Positions 56,592-64,000 of a stretch of 64,000 bases of DNA are shown piece by piece; within the stretch, counting starts at the first letter, position 1, and the number at the start of each line of letters is the position of its first letter. The position numbers and the translations under genes were made by a program. The notes beneath the pieces are model-generated. The model was not told where the DNA came from and did no database searches. It saw only the letters and a program-made list of their open reading frames with translations. Source of the DNA: Congregibacter sp. (GTDB lineage Bacteria; Pseudomonadota; Gammaproteobacteria; Pseudomonadales; Halieaceae); NCBI RefSeq assembly GCF_045107095.1, contig NZ_JBGCFU010000008.1, forward strand, positions 967 to 64,966. Reading direction: 5' to 3'.

Positions 56592-57017
56592 GTGGAAGAC
56601 TACCTACTGCTATTTGGCTCTGCGTTTCTTGCGGCCACGATTCTGCCGTTCTACTCGGAAATTATTCTGGTCTTGGGACTACAGGAGGGAGCGGATCCCG
56701 CATTGCTTTTAATCACAGCGACCTTGGGCAATACACTGGGCGCCGTGGTGAACTGGACAATAGGACGGCAACTGCTCCGATTTCAGGACAAACGCTGGTT
56801 TTACTTCACCCCCGCGCAAATAGCTCGAGCGCAGCGCTGGTTTCAGCGGCGAGGCGTATGGTCACTACTGTTTGCGTGGCTACCGATAGGCGGTGATGCC
56901 CTGACCCTAATCGCCGGCGTCATGAAGGTCCGTTTACCAACGTTTCTGATCTTAGTGGGAATAGGCAAAGCCTTACGCTACGGCTTTGTACTGCTGATTG
57001 CGCTTTACACGCTGTAA
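56592..57017 (+). CDS. yqaA: YqaA (DedA/SNARE-associated) membrane protein
   Basis: AFL.AT.LP..SE, AT.GNTLG...NW..GR, WF.R.G.WSL..AW.P..GD.LT..AG, GK..RY; likely GTG 56592. Confidence 0.9.
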   Translation: MEDYLLLFGSAFLAATILPFYSEIILVLGLQEGADPALLLITATLGNTLGAVVNWTIGRQLLRFQDKRWFYFTPAQIARAQRWFQRRGVWSLLFAWLPIGGDALTLIAGVMKVRLPTFLILVGIGKALRYGFVLLIALYTL

Positions 57018-57033
57018 CGACTCATGCCCTGAA

Positions 57034-58188
57034 TCACCCGCCCAGCAGGCCCACCATCGTGAAACCCAGATAGTTGCCCAGGGCCAAACCTGCGGAACCC
57101 ACCAGAATAGCGGGGAGTTCAAGATCACCGCGCCCGAGGCTTCGGGCAAGAGCCAAGGCCGACGTGCCACCACCGATGTTTGCCTGAGAAGCCACCGCGG
57201 CAGTTTCCAGGTCGGCTTTCAGGAGACGGGCAGCGCCAAAAACTACCGTGCCGTGGATGCTCACGAGTACCACTACAAAAACACCCAGCACTGGGGCCAG
57301 CTCTCCCATGCGCATGAGCGCTTCTGCATCGCACAAAGAGCCGATGACCGCGAGAAATAGATACACCGCAAGGAGTCCAAGCAAGCGAGCTCCCTTCAAT
57401 CGTTGCACCATCGGCAGCTGCGCAAGCACCAATGCCAAGGTCGATAACATCAGTACCGACGGCACATCTAATCCCGCGCGTTCTTTCAGAAGATCCGCAA
57501 GAAGTTCAGAGAGACCCACAGCCGCAATGCCGAGAGCAATTACCGCAGCAAGATCAAAAATCCGTGCGACCTCTCCATCATCCGCAACTGGCTCTCTTTG
57601 AACGCCTTCGCTCTGGTCGTTGCTCTTGGGCCAAAACCCTACCAAGAGGCGGGGCAGAGTTACGCAAACCACCATCCATACCGTGGTCATGGCATTATCG
57701 ACAGCAGCAGCACCTGCATAGAGAGCTGCGTCCTCCATCACCCCGTATTCCAAAGCCACGGCGTTGTAGTTAACGCTACCGCCCACATAAGTACCGGTGA
57801 ACATTCCCGCTAACGCTGCGTGTTGATCTCCCAAGGCATCTGCACCGCCAACGACCCAATGACCCGTGGCGGCGCCCAATGCAGTGCCCAAAGAACCCAA
57901 AAGAAAAAGCAACAGCGTGGGGCCACCGACCTGCCCCAGGCTGCGTAAATCAACGAGTAAAAGCAGCCAAAAAATGCCCAGCGGTGCGACATAGGTGAAA
58001 ATCGCTCCGTAGAGCGGCGTCTCAGGACCGTAGGTGGGTATAACGCCGAGGTTTGCGACAATGGCGGTTAATACAATCACCAAAAGTGCGGCGCCAAAGT
58101 GACGAAGCCAGGTACGTGTCGCCAACCATTCAGATAGGGCAATGAGGGCGGCCAAAACGGCAGCGATTGATAGCGTGCTTACAAACAT
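57034..58188 (-). CDS. DUF819 family membrane protein
   Basis: LL...DLR, G.Y.GG..N..A, A.SQANIGG..SA..LA, ILVG..G...G.Y.G. Confidence 0.85.
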   Translation of the reverse strand: MFVSTLSIAAVLAALIALSEWLATRTWLRHFGAALLVIVLTAIVANLGVIPTYGPETPLYGAIFTYVAPLGIFWLLLLVDLRSLGQVGGPTLLLFLLGSLGTALGAATGHWVVGGADALGDQHAALAGMFTGTYVGGSVNYNAVALEYGVMEDAALYAGAAAVDNAMTTVWMVVCVTLPRLLVGFWPKSNDQSEGVQREPVADDGEVARIFDLAAVIALGIAAVGLSELLADLLKERAGLDVPSVLMLSTLALVLAQLPMVQRLKGARLLGLLAVYLFLAVIGSLCDAEALMRMGELAPVLGVFVVVLVSIHGTVVFGAARLLKADLETAAVASQANIGGGTSALALARSLGRGDLELPAILVGSAGLALGNYLGFTMVGLLGG

Positions 58189-58313
58189 GTAGCCATATTA
58201 CACGGAACTTGAAGCGTTCTGAGCGCCTTTGAGCTAGCGCACATTTCCCACACTTTTTTTCGGTGAATTCTTGCACTCAGGCCCTTCTGCGGATACTCTT
58301 TGCGCGCTAATAT

Positions 58314-58342
58314 TTGACTGGCCAAACAGCACTAAATATTTT
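58314..58342 (+). promoter_or_regulatory. Putative sigma70 promoter for the coiled-coil gene leader
   Basis: TTGACT (58314-58319), 17 bp, TATTTT (58337-58342); +1 near 58349. Confidence 0.5.
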
Positions 58343-58522
58343 GCCCTCCTGGCTCACAATCCAGCCAATGAAACCGACGGTCCGTAGCGGGCCGCAAGCG
58401 ATCGTTGCCCAGATTTCTTTTTCTCAGATACTTGAAGCTAAGTGGCTGTGAATAAGAGCTCATAGGCCTAATCCGCCGGCATGATCTGCGATTAACATTA
58501 CGGATATCAACGGACATACTGA

Positions 58523-59074
58523 ATGCTTACTGCACGAAACCTAGAAAAAATCATGGAGCTGGAAGACAAGCTCCGCACCGAATATCAGGTGCAACTTGAT
58601 GCGAAATCAGAAGAAATCAGCAAACTTGAAAAGGCCACGGAAGATCAGAAGGCCGTGATCGCCAAGCAATTAGAGCAAATCTCGGCGCTGTCCGTAGATG
58701 CGTCTAAAAACAAGAAAGTTGAGCAGCGTAACCGCGAGCTTCATCAGCGTTGCGAGAACCTTCTTGAAGATGTTGCCAAGCAAAAGACCCGCGCGAAAAC
58801 TCTCCAGTCTGACCTTTCCGAGGTCCGCGAAGAGATGGCGACACTAAAGCAGTTTGATCCGGCGAAGATGAAGAAAAACCTGGATGCCAGCAAAAAGAAA
58901 CTCGCTGAGAAGACTTCCGCGAACGATCTGCTTCAAAAGTCTTACAAGCAGACGAAAAATGAAAACGCCGAGCTGAAGGCACAGCTCAAAGCACTGGAGG
59001 CCAAGCTGGAAGAGCTAGAGCCCAAAGACAGTGATGCGAGCGAAACTGAGGTAGAACAGGAAGCCGCTGCTTAA
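58523..59074 (+). CDS. Hypothetical K/E-rich coiled-coil protein
   Basis: 183 aa, continuous heptad pattern, no hydrophobic segment, own terminator; ends EQEAAA. Confidence 0.8.
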   Translation: MLTARNLEKIMELEDKLRTEYQVQLDAKSEEISKLEKATEDQKAVIAKQLEQISALSVDASKNKKVEQRNRELHQRCENLLEDVAKQKTRAKTLQSDLSEVREEMATLKQFDPAKMKKNLDASKKKLAEKTSANDLLQKSYKQTKNENAELKAQLKALEAKLEELEPKDSDASETEVEQEAAA

Positions 59075-59088
59075 ATAGCAGCGCTTTT
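59065..59088 (+). terminator. Intrinsic terminator
   Basis: CGCTGCT-taaat-AGCAGCG followed by CTTTT. Confidence 0.65.
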
Positions 59089-59175
59089 ATATAAACGCGG
59101 CAAAAACACAAGAATCTTTGCCACATTTAGCGGTACACTAAGCCTTCGTAATGTACAGGCACTTCATTACACATT

Positions 59176-59252
59176 GCGCCCGTAGCTCAGCTGGATAGAG
59201 TAACTGGCTTCGAACCAGTTGGTCGGGAGTTCGAATCTCTCCGGGCGCGCCA
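59176..59252 (+). tRNA. tRNA-Arg, anticodon UCG
   Basis: 77 nt: acceptor GCGCCCG/CGGGCGC, D-loop AGCTGGATA (A20 Arg identity), anticodon stem ACTGG/CCAGT with loop CT-TCG-AA, T-arm GGGAG-TTCGAAT-CTCTC, G73, encoded CCA. Confidence 0.97.
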
Positions 59253-59259
59253 TTTTCTG

Positions 59260-59379
59260 CAACACTTTTAACTACAACGCTTTTAACTACAACGCTTTTA
59301 GCTACATCACCTTCAGCGACAACACCTTCAGCTACAACTTCTCTAAATCCAACACCTTCCAGACCACCGCTCTCAACGA
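59260..59379 (+). repeat. Eight degenerate 15-bp tandem repeats directly after the tRNA
   Basis: caacacttttaacta / caacgcttttaacta / caacgcttttagcta / catcaccttcagcga / caacaccttcagcta / caacttctctaaatc / caacaccttccagac / caccgctctcaacga. Confidence 0.92.
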
Positions 59380-59382
59380 TTT

Positions 59383-61389
59383 TTAGACTAAACCGCGATT
59401 GCGCAGTAAAGGCTCTACCTTAGGGTCTCGACCGCGAAAATTGCGATAGAGCGTCATAGGATCTACTGTTCCACCGCGCTCAAGAACATTAGCTCGAAAA
59501 GCCGAAGCCGTTGCCTGATCGAAGAGCCCATTTTCCTTAAAGGCCTCGAATCCGTCGGCATCAAGCACCTCTGCCCAGATATACACGTAATAGCCGGCGG
59601 AATACGAATCATCACTGAAGATATGCTGAAAGTACGTCGACTTATAGCGTGGGTCGATGAGCGCGCTCTTGGCAATCGCAGCCATCGCCTTGGCTTCGAA
59701 CTCGTCGACATCATACTCGGACGCATCCGGAGCGCTGTGCCAAGCTAAATCCAGGTAACAGGCGGCGAGATACTCCGTAGTGGCAAACCCCTGATTGAAC
59801 TGCTCAGAGTCTTTCAATTTGCTAATCAGAGCCATAGGTATGGCTTCGTCGGTGTCCACGTGTCGGGCATAGGAAGTGAGCACTTCGGGCTCCATGGCCC
59901 AATGCTCCATAATCTGCGACGGCAGCTCGACAAAGTCCTGCTTTACGTTGGTACCGCCAAGACTTGCATAGCGTACGTTGCTCAAAAGCCCATGGAGACC
60001 GTGACCAAACTCGTGAAAGAGCGTTCTCACCTCGTCAACACCTAGCAAACAGGGTGTGGATTTTGGAAAGTTGCAGCAGTTAACAATCACGGGGGTCACG
60101 CGAGCACCATTATGACCCTGTGCCCGAAACTCAGACATCCACGCACCGCTGCGCTTTGACGGACGGGAATAAAAATCAAAAAGAAAATAACCGACAAGCG
60201 TGCCATTGGATTCGCTGACCTCGTAGGCGACCACCTCAGGATGGTAGACCGGTAAGTCCGGGCGCTCCGTGAACACTAGCCCGTAGAGCTTGTTCGCTAC
60301 GGCAAAAACACCGTCACGCACATTCTCCAGCTTGAAGTACTGTTTGAGTTCATCAGGATCTAAATCAAAACGCTGACGACGAAGTTTCTCGGTGTAGTAC
60401 CACCAATCCCAAGGAGCCAGAGCCTCGCCTGTCTCAGAACTTGCACAAACTGCCAGGGCGTCAGCCTCTCGACTAACCTGCTGCTGACAGGGCTGCCACA
60501 CCTGATCCAGAAGTTCGCGCACGGCAACGGTGGACCTCGCCATACGATCATCGAGCATAAAGTCTGCGTGAGTTCCAAAACCCAGTAATTGCGCCCGCTC
60601 TTGGCGCAAGGCAACAATCTCTTGAATCAAAGGTCGATTGTCGACACTACGAGTACCGCAACTACTGTAGGCGGAATAAATCTCTTCGCGGAGCGACCGA
60701 TTCTCCGCGTACTGTAAAAACGGTGTGATAGAAGAGCGCGATAGGGTGAAGACATACCCCTGCTCCACGCCTCGGTTGAGGGCCTCATCACGGCCCATCT
60801 CACGCACGTACTCAGGCAAACCTGCCAGATCACTCTCGGAAGTGAGTGTCAGCGCGTAGTCGTTACTGTCTTTGAGCACGTTCTGTCCAAACTGCGTGCA
60901 AAGCACCGCAAGCTTCTCGGTGATAGCACTCACACGGCGGCGCTCCTTGTTTCCGAGCTCGGCTCCAGCACGTACAAAAGTCCGCCGGGTTTCTTCTAGA
61001 AGCTGCTTCTGCTCAGCACTCAAGGATTCCGCGGACTCGTACACCGCCTGCACTCGCGCAAACAACTCTGGCCTCGCGTAAATGCTACTTCGGTGCGCGC
61101 TACACTCCGGCGCAATTTCGCACTCAAGTGCCTGAAGCTTTGCATCCGTGTCGGAAGACGTGAGATTCCAAAAAACATCCTCCACACGGCGCAACAAAGC
61201 GCCGCTTTCTTCAAGAGGCTCTAGAGTGTTATCAAAGGTGGCTGCCTCTGGATTACCAACGATGTCGTCTATTTGCGCAAGCTGCTCGGCAAAACCCCGA
61301 TCGAAAGCCTCACGGTAGTGCTCAAAACGAATTGCGGGAAAATCAGGAATACCGTTATCAGCTAAAGGGTCAAAAAAAGGATTGCTCAT
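59383..61389 (-). CDS. dcp: M3 family peptidyl-dipeptidase Dcp / oligopeptidase A
   Basis: NP.......P.F..I, K.SGAWM, TLFHEFGHGLH, DFVELPSQ.ME.W, F.HIF...YSAGYY.Y.WAEVLDAD; likely ATG 61389. Confidence 0.93.
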   Translation of the reverse strand: MSNPFFDPLADNGIPDFPAIRFEHYREAFDRGFAEQLAQIDDIVGNPEAATFDNTLEPLEESGALLRRVEDVFWNLTSSDTDAKLQALECEIAPECSAHRSSIYARPELFARVQAVYESAESLSAEQKQLLEETRRTFVRAGAELGNKERRRVSAITEKLAVLCTQFGQNVLKDSNDYALTLTSESDLAGLPEYVREMGRDEALNRGVEQGYVFTLSRSSITPFLQYAENRSLREEIYSAYSSCGTRSVDNRPLIQEIVALRQERAQLLGFGTHADFMLDDRMARSTVAVRELLDQVWQPCQQQVSREADALAVCASSETGEALAPWDWWYYTEKLRRQRFDLDPDELKQYFKLENVRDGVFAVANKLYGLVFTERPDLPVYHPEVVAYEVSESNGTLVGYFLFDFYSRPSKRSGAWMSEFRAQGHNGARVTPVIVNCCNFPKSTPCLLGVDEVRTLFHEFGHGLHGLLSNVRYASLGGTNVKQDFVELPSQIMEHWAMEPEVLTSYARHVDTDEAIPMALISKLKDSEQFNQGFATTEYLAACYLDLAWHSAPDASEYDVDEFEAKAMAAIAKSALIDPRYKSTYFQHIFSDDSYSAGYYVYIWAEVLDADGFEAFKENGLFDQATASAFRANVLERGGTVDPMTLYRNFRGRDPKVEPLLRNRGLV

Positions 61390-61447
61390 GCGACATACGC
61401 TCACAGGAAAAATGGCCGTCTGGCGTTCGGCGCACAGACAGTGACTT

Positions 61448-61461
61448 GATCGAGCTCGATC
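61448..61461. promoter_or_regulatory. Perfect 14-bp palindrome between divergent genes (candidate operator)
   Basis: GATCGAGCTCGATC. Confidence 0.35.
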
Positions 61462-61580
61462 TACGATCAGGGGCCCGAGCTTACCGATAGTGGAAGCTGT
61501 TTACGACTGCCCCTTGCTTGTCACCGTCAACGCACCCACGTACCCTGAAAACCAGATTTCCGGTTAGAAGGTCCTCGCCC

Positions 61581-63269
61581 ATGCGCCATGCACCGATAGA
61601 TAAAAAACGCCGACATCTACTCAAAGCACTAGCCACTGCGTCCGCCGCAGCCTCAGTAAGCGGCCCCAGCTGGGCCAACATGGCCCTGGGTAAAGCCGAC
61701 CTCATCGTTACCGGCGGCACATTTCATACCATGGACATCGCCACCTCGAACGCTCAAGCAATGGCTGTGCGAGGCAATCGAATACTGGCTGTGGGCTCCA
61801 TCGCGGACATCAACGACTTGGCAGGCCCGGGCACCCGACGTGTAGACGCTCGAGGCCTCACGGTAACGCCAGGCTTTATCGACGCCCACTCCCATCCACT
61901 TATGGCCAATGAAGCCATAAGCGTTGATGTGAACGTCCGCCAAATTTCTAAAGTACAGAGCCTGCTAAAACAGCAGGCTCAACGCACCCCACCGGGGCAA
62001 TGGGTGCTTGCCCATATGTATGACGACACTAAATTTGACGAAGGACGCCCCTTAACGCGACAAGATATTGATGCGGTCGTACCCTCGCAACCGGTGATGG
62101 TACGGCATCGCGGGGGGCACACTGCTGTCGTAAATTCCCAGGCCTTTGCCATAGCGGGTATCGATAACAACACGCCTGACCCGGAAGGTGGACGGTTCTT
62201 CAGAGAAGACGGTCAACTAACAGGCAAAGTGGCCGAACGAGCCATGTTTATATTTGACGAAGTAGGCGAGTGGCCGGCTGTCGATAGGGAAACCAACCGC
62301 AAGGGGGCCAGCCTGATGACCAAGCGCATGGCCGCATCGGGACTCACCAGTACCACTGATGCTTTTGGTGATCTGGAGGGTTGGGTTTCTTACATGGACG
62401 CCCTGGATGCAGGCGAGCTCTACACCCGCATCGCCTATATGCCCGGAGGTAATACAGCGGCATACGAGACCATGAAGAAAGCCGGCATGCGTTCGGGGTT
62501 TGGCAACGCCATGCTCCGTGTAGGCGCGGTGAAATACGCTGCGGATGGCAGCGCCTCCGAACGCACCATGCGCATGAGTACACCCTTCGAAGGCACGGAC
62601 GACTACGGCATTCTCACTATGTCGCAGGAGCAGATTGATTCTGCGGTGGACGATGCCGTTGCCAACGACTTTCGCATTGGCATTCACGCCAATGGCGATG
62701 TGACCATCGATATGGTGCTTCGCGCCTATGAACGCGTCCTCAAGGATTGGGAGGGTGTAAATCCGCGTTTTCGAATCGAGCACTGCTCACTGGTGAACCC
62801 GCTACTGCTCAAACGCATCAAGGCAACGGGCACCATTCCGACTCCTTTTTATACCTACGCGTATTACCACGGAAACAAGTGGGTGGATTACGGCTCCGAG
62901 AAGATGCGTAGCATGTTCGCCCATCGATCTTTCATCGATGAAGGCATCATGGTGGCACCGGCCTCGGACTTCACTCCAGGCCCCTACGAGCCCATGATGG
63001 CATTGCAAAGTATGGTCACTCGCCAGGACTCTCAGGGTCGGGTTTGGGGTGACAATCAGCGCATCACTGCTGCTGAAGCCATGCAGGTGTGCACTGTTAA
63101 CGGCGCTTACGCATCCTTTGAGGAGCATGACAAAGGAACGCTGACTCCGGGCAAGCTGGCAGACTTCGTCCTCTTGGGGCAGGACCCACTAAAGACAGAC
63201 CCGAATGCGCTCAAGGACATTCCTATTGTTGCGACCTATCTCGATGGGCAAGCGGTCTTTGAAGCCTAA
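61581..63269 (+). CDS. Amidohydrolase 3 family metallohydrolase, Tat substrate
   Basis: Tat KKRRHLLK; PGFIDAHSH, HANGD, RIEHCS, ASD, G.L.PGKLADFV.L; likely ATG 61581. Confidence 0.92.
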   Translation: MRHAPIDKKRRHLLKALATASAAASVSGPSWANMALGKADLIVTGGTFHTMDIATSNAQAMAVRGNRILAVGSIADINDLAGPGTRRVDARGLTVTPGFIDAHSHPLMANEAISVDVNVRQISKVQSLLKQQAQRTPPGQWVLAHMYDDTKFDEGRPLTRQDIDAVVPSQPVMVRHRGGHTAVVNSQAFAIAGIDNNTPDPEGGRFFREDGQLTGKVAERAMFIFDEVGEWPAVDRETNRKGASLMTKRMAASGLTSTTDAFGDLEGWVSYMDALDAGELYTRIAYMPGGNTAAYETMKKAGMRSGFGNAMLRVGAVKYAADGSASERTMRMSTPFEGTDDYGILTMSQEQIDSAVDDAVANDFRIGIHANGDVTIDMVLRAYERVLKDWEGVNPRFRIEHCSLVNPLLLKRIKATGTIPTPFYTYAYYHGNKWVDYGSEKMRSMFAHRSFIDEGIMVAPASDFTPGPYEPMMALQSMVTRQDSQGRVWGDNQRITAAEAMQVCTVNGAYASFEEHDKGTLTPGKLADFVLLGQDPLKTDPNALKDIPIVATYLDGQAVFEA

Positions 63270-63404
63270 GCGGTCTTGGAACCCTAAGTTTCGGGCCCAC
63301 ATGGCGGCTGAACCCGCCAACTCTTCACTTCATCGCTAATGCCGTGACCTTTGGTCAAACCTTGCGCACTCTGTTTACTCAGAGTCTCGAGCGAGGTTAT
63401 CGCC

Positions 63405-63944
63405 ATGAAATCAATTGCGTTGTTACTGTCCCTAGTATTCACCAGCCAAGTCGTGTGGTCCGCCGACGAGGCCACAACCCAACTGCCGGGCTACGTCGAT
63501 TTTTCCACCTTATCGCAAAACTACGGCGAGCCACGCGTCATGATCAACCTAGGTGGATCGCTTCTGAAGCTGGTTGGATCTATGAAGCACGACGACCCCA
63601 TCGCTGAGGAGACCCTCAAAAACCTGGATTCAGTACGTGTCCACGTTTACGACACAGAAGGAGACACCACCGCAGCCGCAGATCGCATGGAAAACGTGAG
63701 CGATAAGCTCGCGGATCTTGAATGGGAACAGATAGTTCGCGTTCGAGAACCCGACGATCGAGTGAACGTTTACGTCAAACACAGCGATGATCGAATTCAC
63801 GGCCTGATGATTATGGCGGTTAACGACGAGGAAGCCGTGTTTGTGAACGTACTGGGGGATATTGATCCGGCGCACATCAATCAAGTGGTCTCCAGCATCG
63901 ACGTCGTAGACGGTCTTGATGTCGACCTCGACCTGGCGCCTTAG
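63405..63944 (+). CDS. DUF4252-like secreted protein
   Basis: Signal peptide; PGYVDF, V.INL...LL, L..L..V.V.VY, WE.IVRV.E....V..Y, E.VF.NV.G.IDP; likely ATG 63405. Confidence 0.72.
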   Translation: MKSIALLLSLVFTSQVVWSADEATTQLPGYVDFSTLSQNYGEPRVMINLGGSLLKLVGSMKHDDPIAEETLKNLDSVRVHVYDTEGDTTAAADRMENVSDKLADLEWEQIVRVREPDDRVNVYVKHSDDRIHGLMIMAVNDEEAVFVNVLGDIDPAHINQVVSSIDVVDGLDVDLDLAP

Positions 63945-63947
63945 ATC

Positions 63948-64000
63948 ATGAGAACCCTCGCAGTAGTAACACTGACCGTAATGCTCGCAGGATGCGGACT
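63948..64000 (+). CDS. Lipoprotein, 3' truncated by window edge
   Basis: MRTLAVVTLTVMLAGCG: canonical LAGC lipobox, 3 nt after the previous stop. Confidence 0.75.
   Translation, partial: MRTLAVVTLTVMLAGCG

Noticed and set aside
58271-58297. TTGCAC...GATACT as the main promoter
   Set aside because: The spacer is only 15 bp; the TTGACT-17-TATTTT pair downstream fits better.
58321-58420. Leader as a c-di-GMP-I riboswitch (GCCAAAC..., GTAGCGGG) or an Rsm-type sRNA on the minus strand
   Set aside because: The GNRA tetraloop/receptor and P2-P3 layout do not fit. Only four GGA motifs occur on the minus strand, one in a loop. Kept only as an unassigned structured leader.
59260-59379. 15-bp array as a CRISPR or mini-CRISPR
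   Set aside because: Units are contiguous with no unique spacers, too short, non-palindromic, and no cas genes are in the window.
59176-59400. tRNA 3' end as an att site of an integrated element
   Set aside because: No integrase, no duplicated tRNA 3' fragment seen in the window, and a housekeeping dcp gene follows immediately.
59130-59415. Open antisense frame through the array and tRNA (VAEGV/VVKSV repeats)
   Set aside because: No in-frame start codon upstream of the repeats, and it overlaps the tRNA antisense; open frames are expected in stop-free repeat units.
9-61461. Recurrent GAGCTC-centred palindromes (9-20, 43775-43815, 58457-58462, 61448-61461) as one motif family
   Set aside because: The flanks differ, and a 6-mer is expected many times by chance in 64 kb.
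1-64000. Mobile elements, prophage, defence islands, frameshifted pseudogenes or selenocysteine read-through
   Set aside because: I found no transposase, integrase, phage or recognised defence genes, and all major ORFs look full length. Subtle cases cannot be excluded without alignment tools.

Overview
About 64 kb of ordinary chromosomal DNA from a heterotrophic, probably marine gammaproteobacterium. Gene content and moderate GC suggest the OM60/NOR5 Halieaceae, which is an inference. I saw no transposase, integrase, phage genes, rRNA or CRISPR. The window is rich in secreted or lipoprotein peptide-degrading enzymes: 2 S9/DPP-IV, 3 M1, M24, M3, 2 beta-lactamase-fold serine hydrolases, 2 amidohydrolase-3 and 2 large BNR/VPS10 beta-propeller proteins. 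It also carries putA, several transporters, a type II PQQ alcohol dehydrogenase, csoR divergent from copAB, AraC divergent from ferredoxin-CYP153, an IorAB-type molybdoenzyme and a tRNA-Arg gene. The most unusual signals are non-coding. (1) The tRNA-Arg has a UCG anticodon and is followed directly by a polarised array of eight 15-bp C-rich repeats instead of a terminator. (2) A three-arm, mutually exclusive RNA pairing sequesters a ribosome-binding site next to the PQQ-ADH gene. (3) A structured ~175-nt leader with a possible uORF and twin ANGGA sites precedes an orphan coiled-coil gene. (4) Operators for the CYP153 AraC regulator (21-bp-period direct repeat) and for CsoR can be read directly from the sequence. 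On the protein side, the best candidates for an undescribed system are the VPS10 protein plus peptidase locus and the aminopeptidase-permease-AKR/Rid7-kinase operon. All family calls come from motif recognition by eye, not from database searches.
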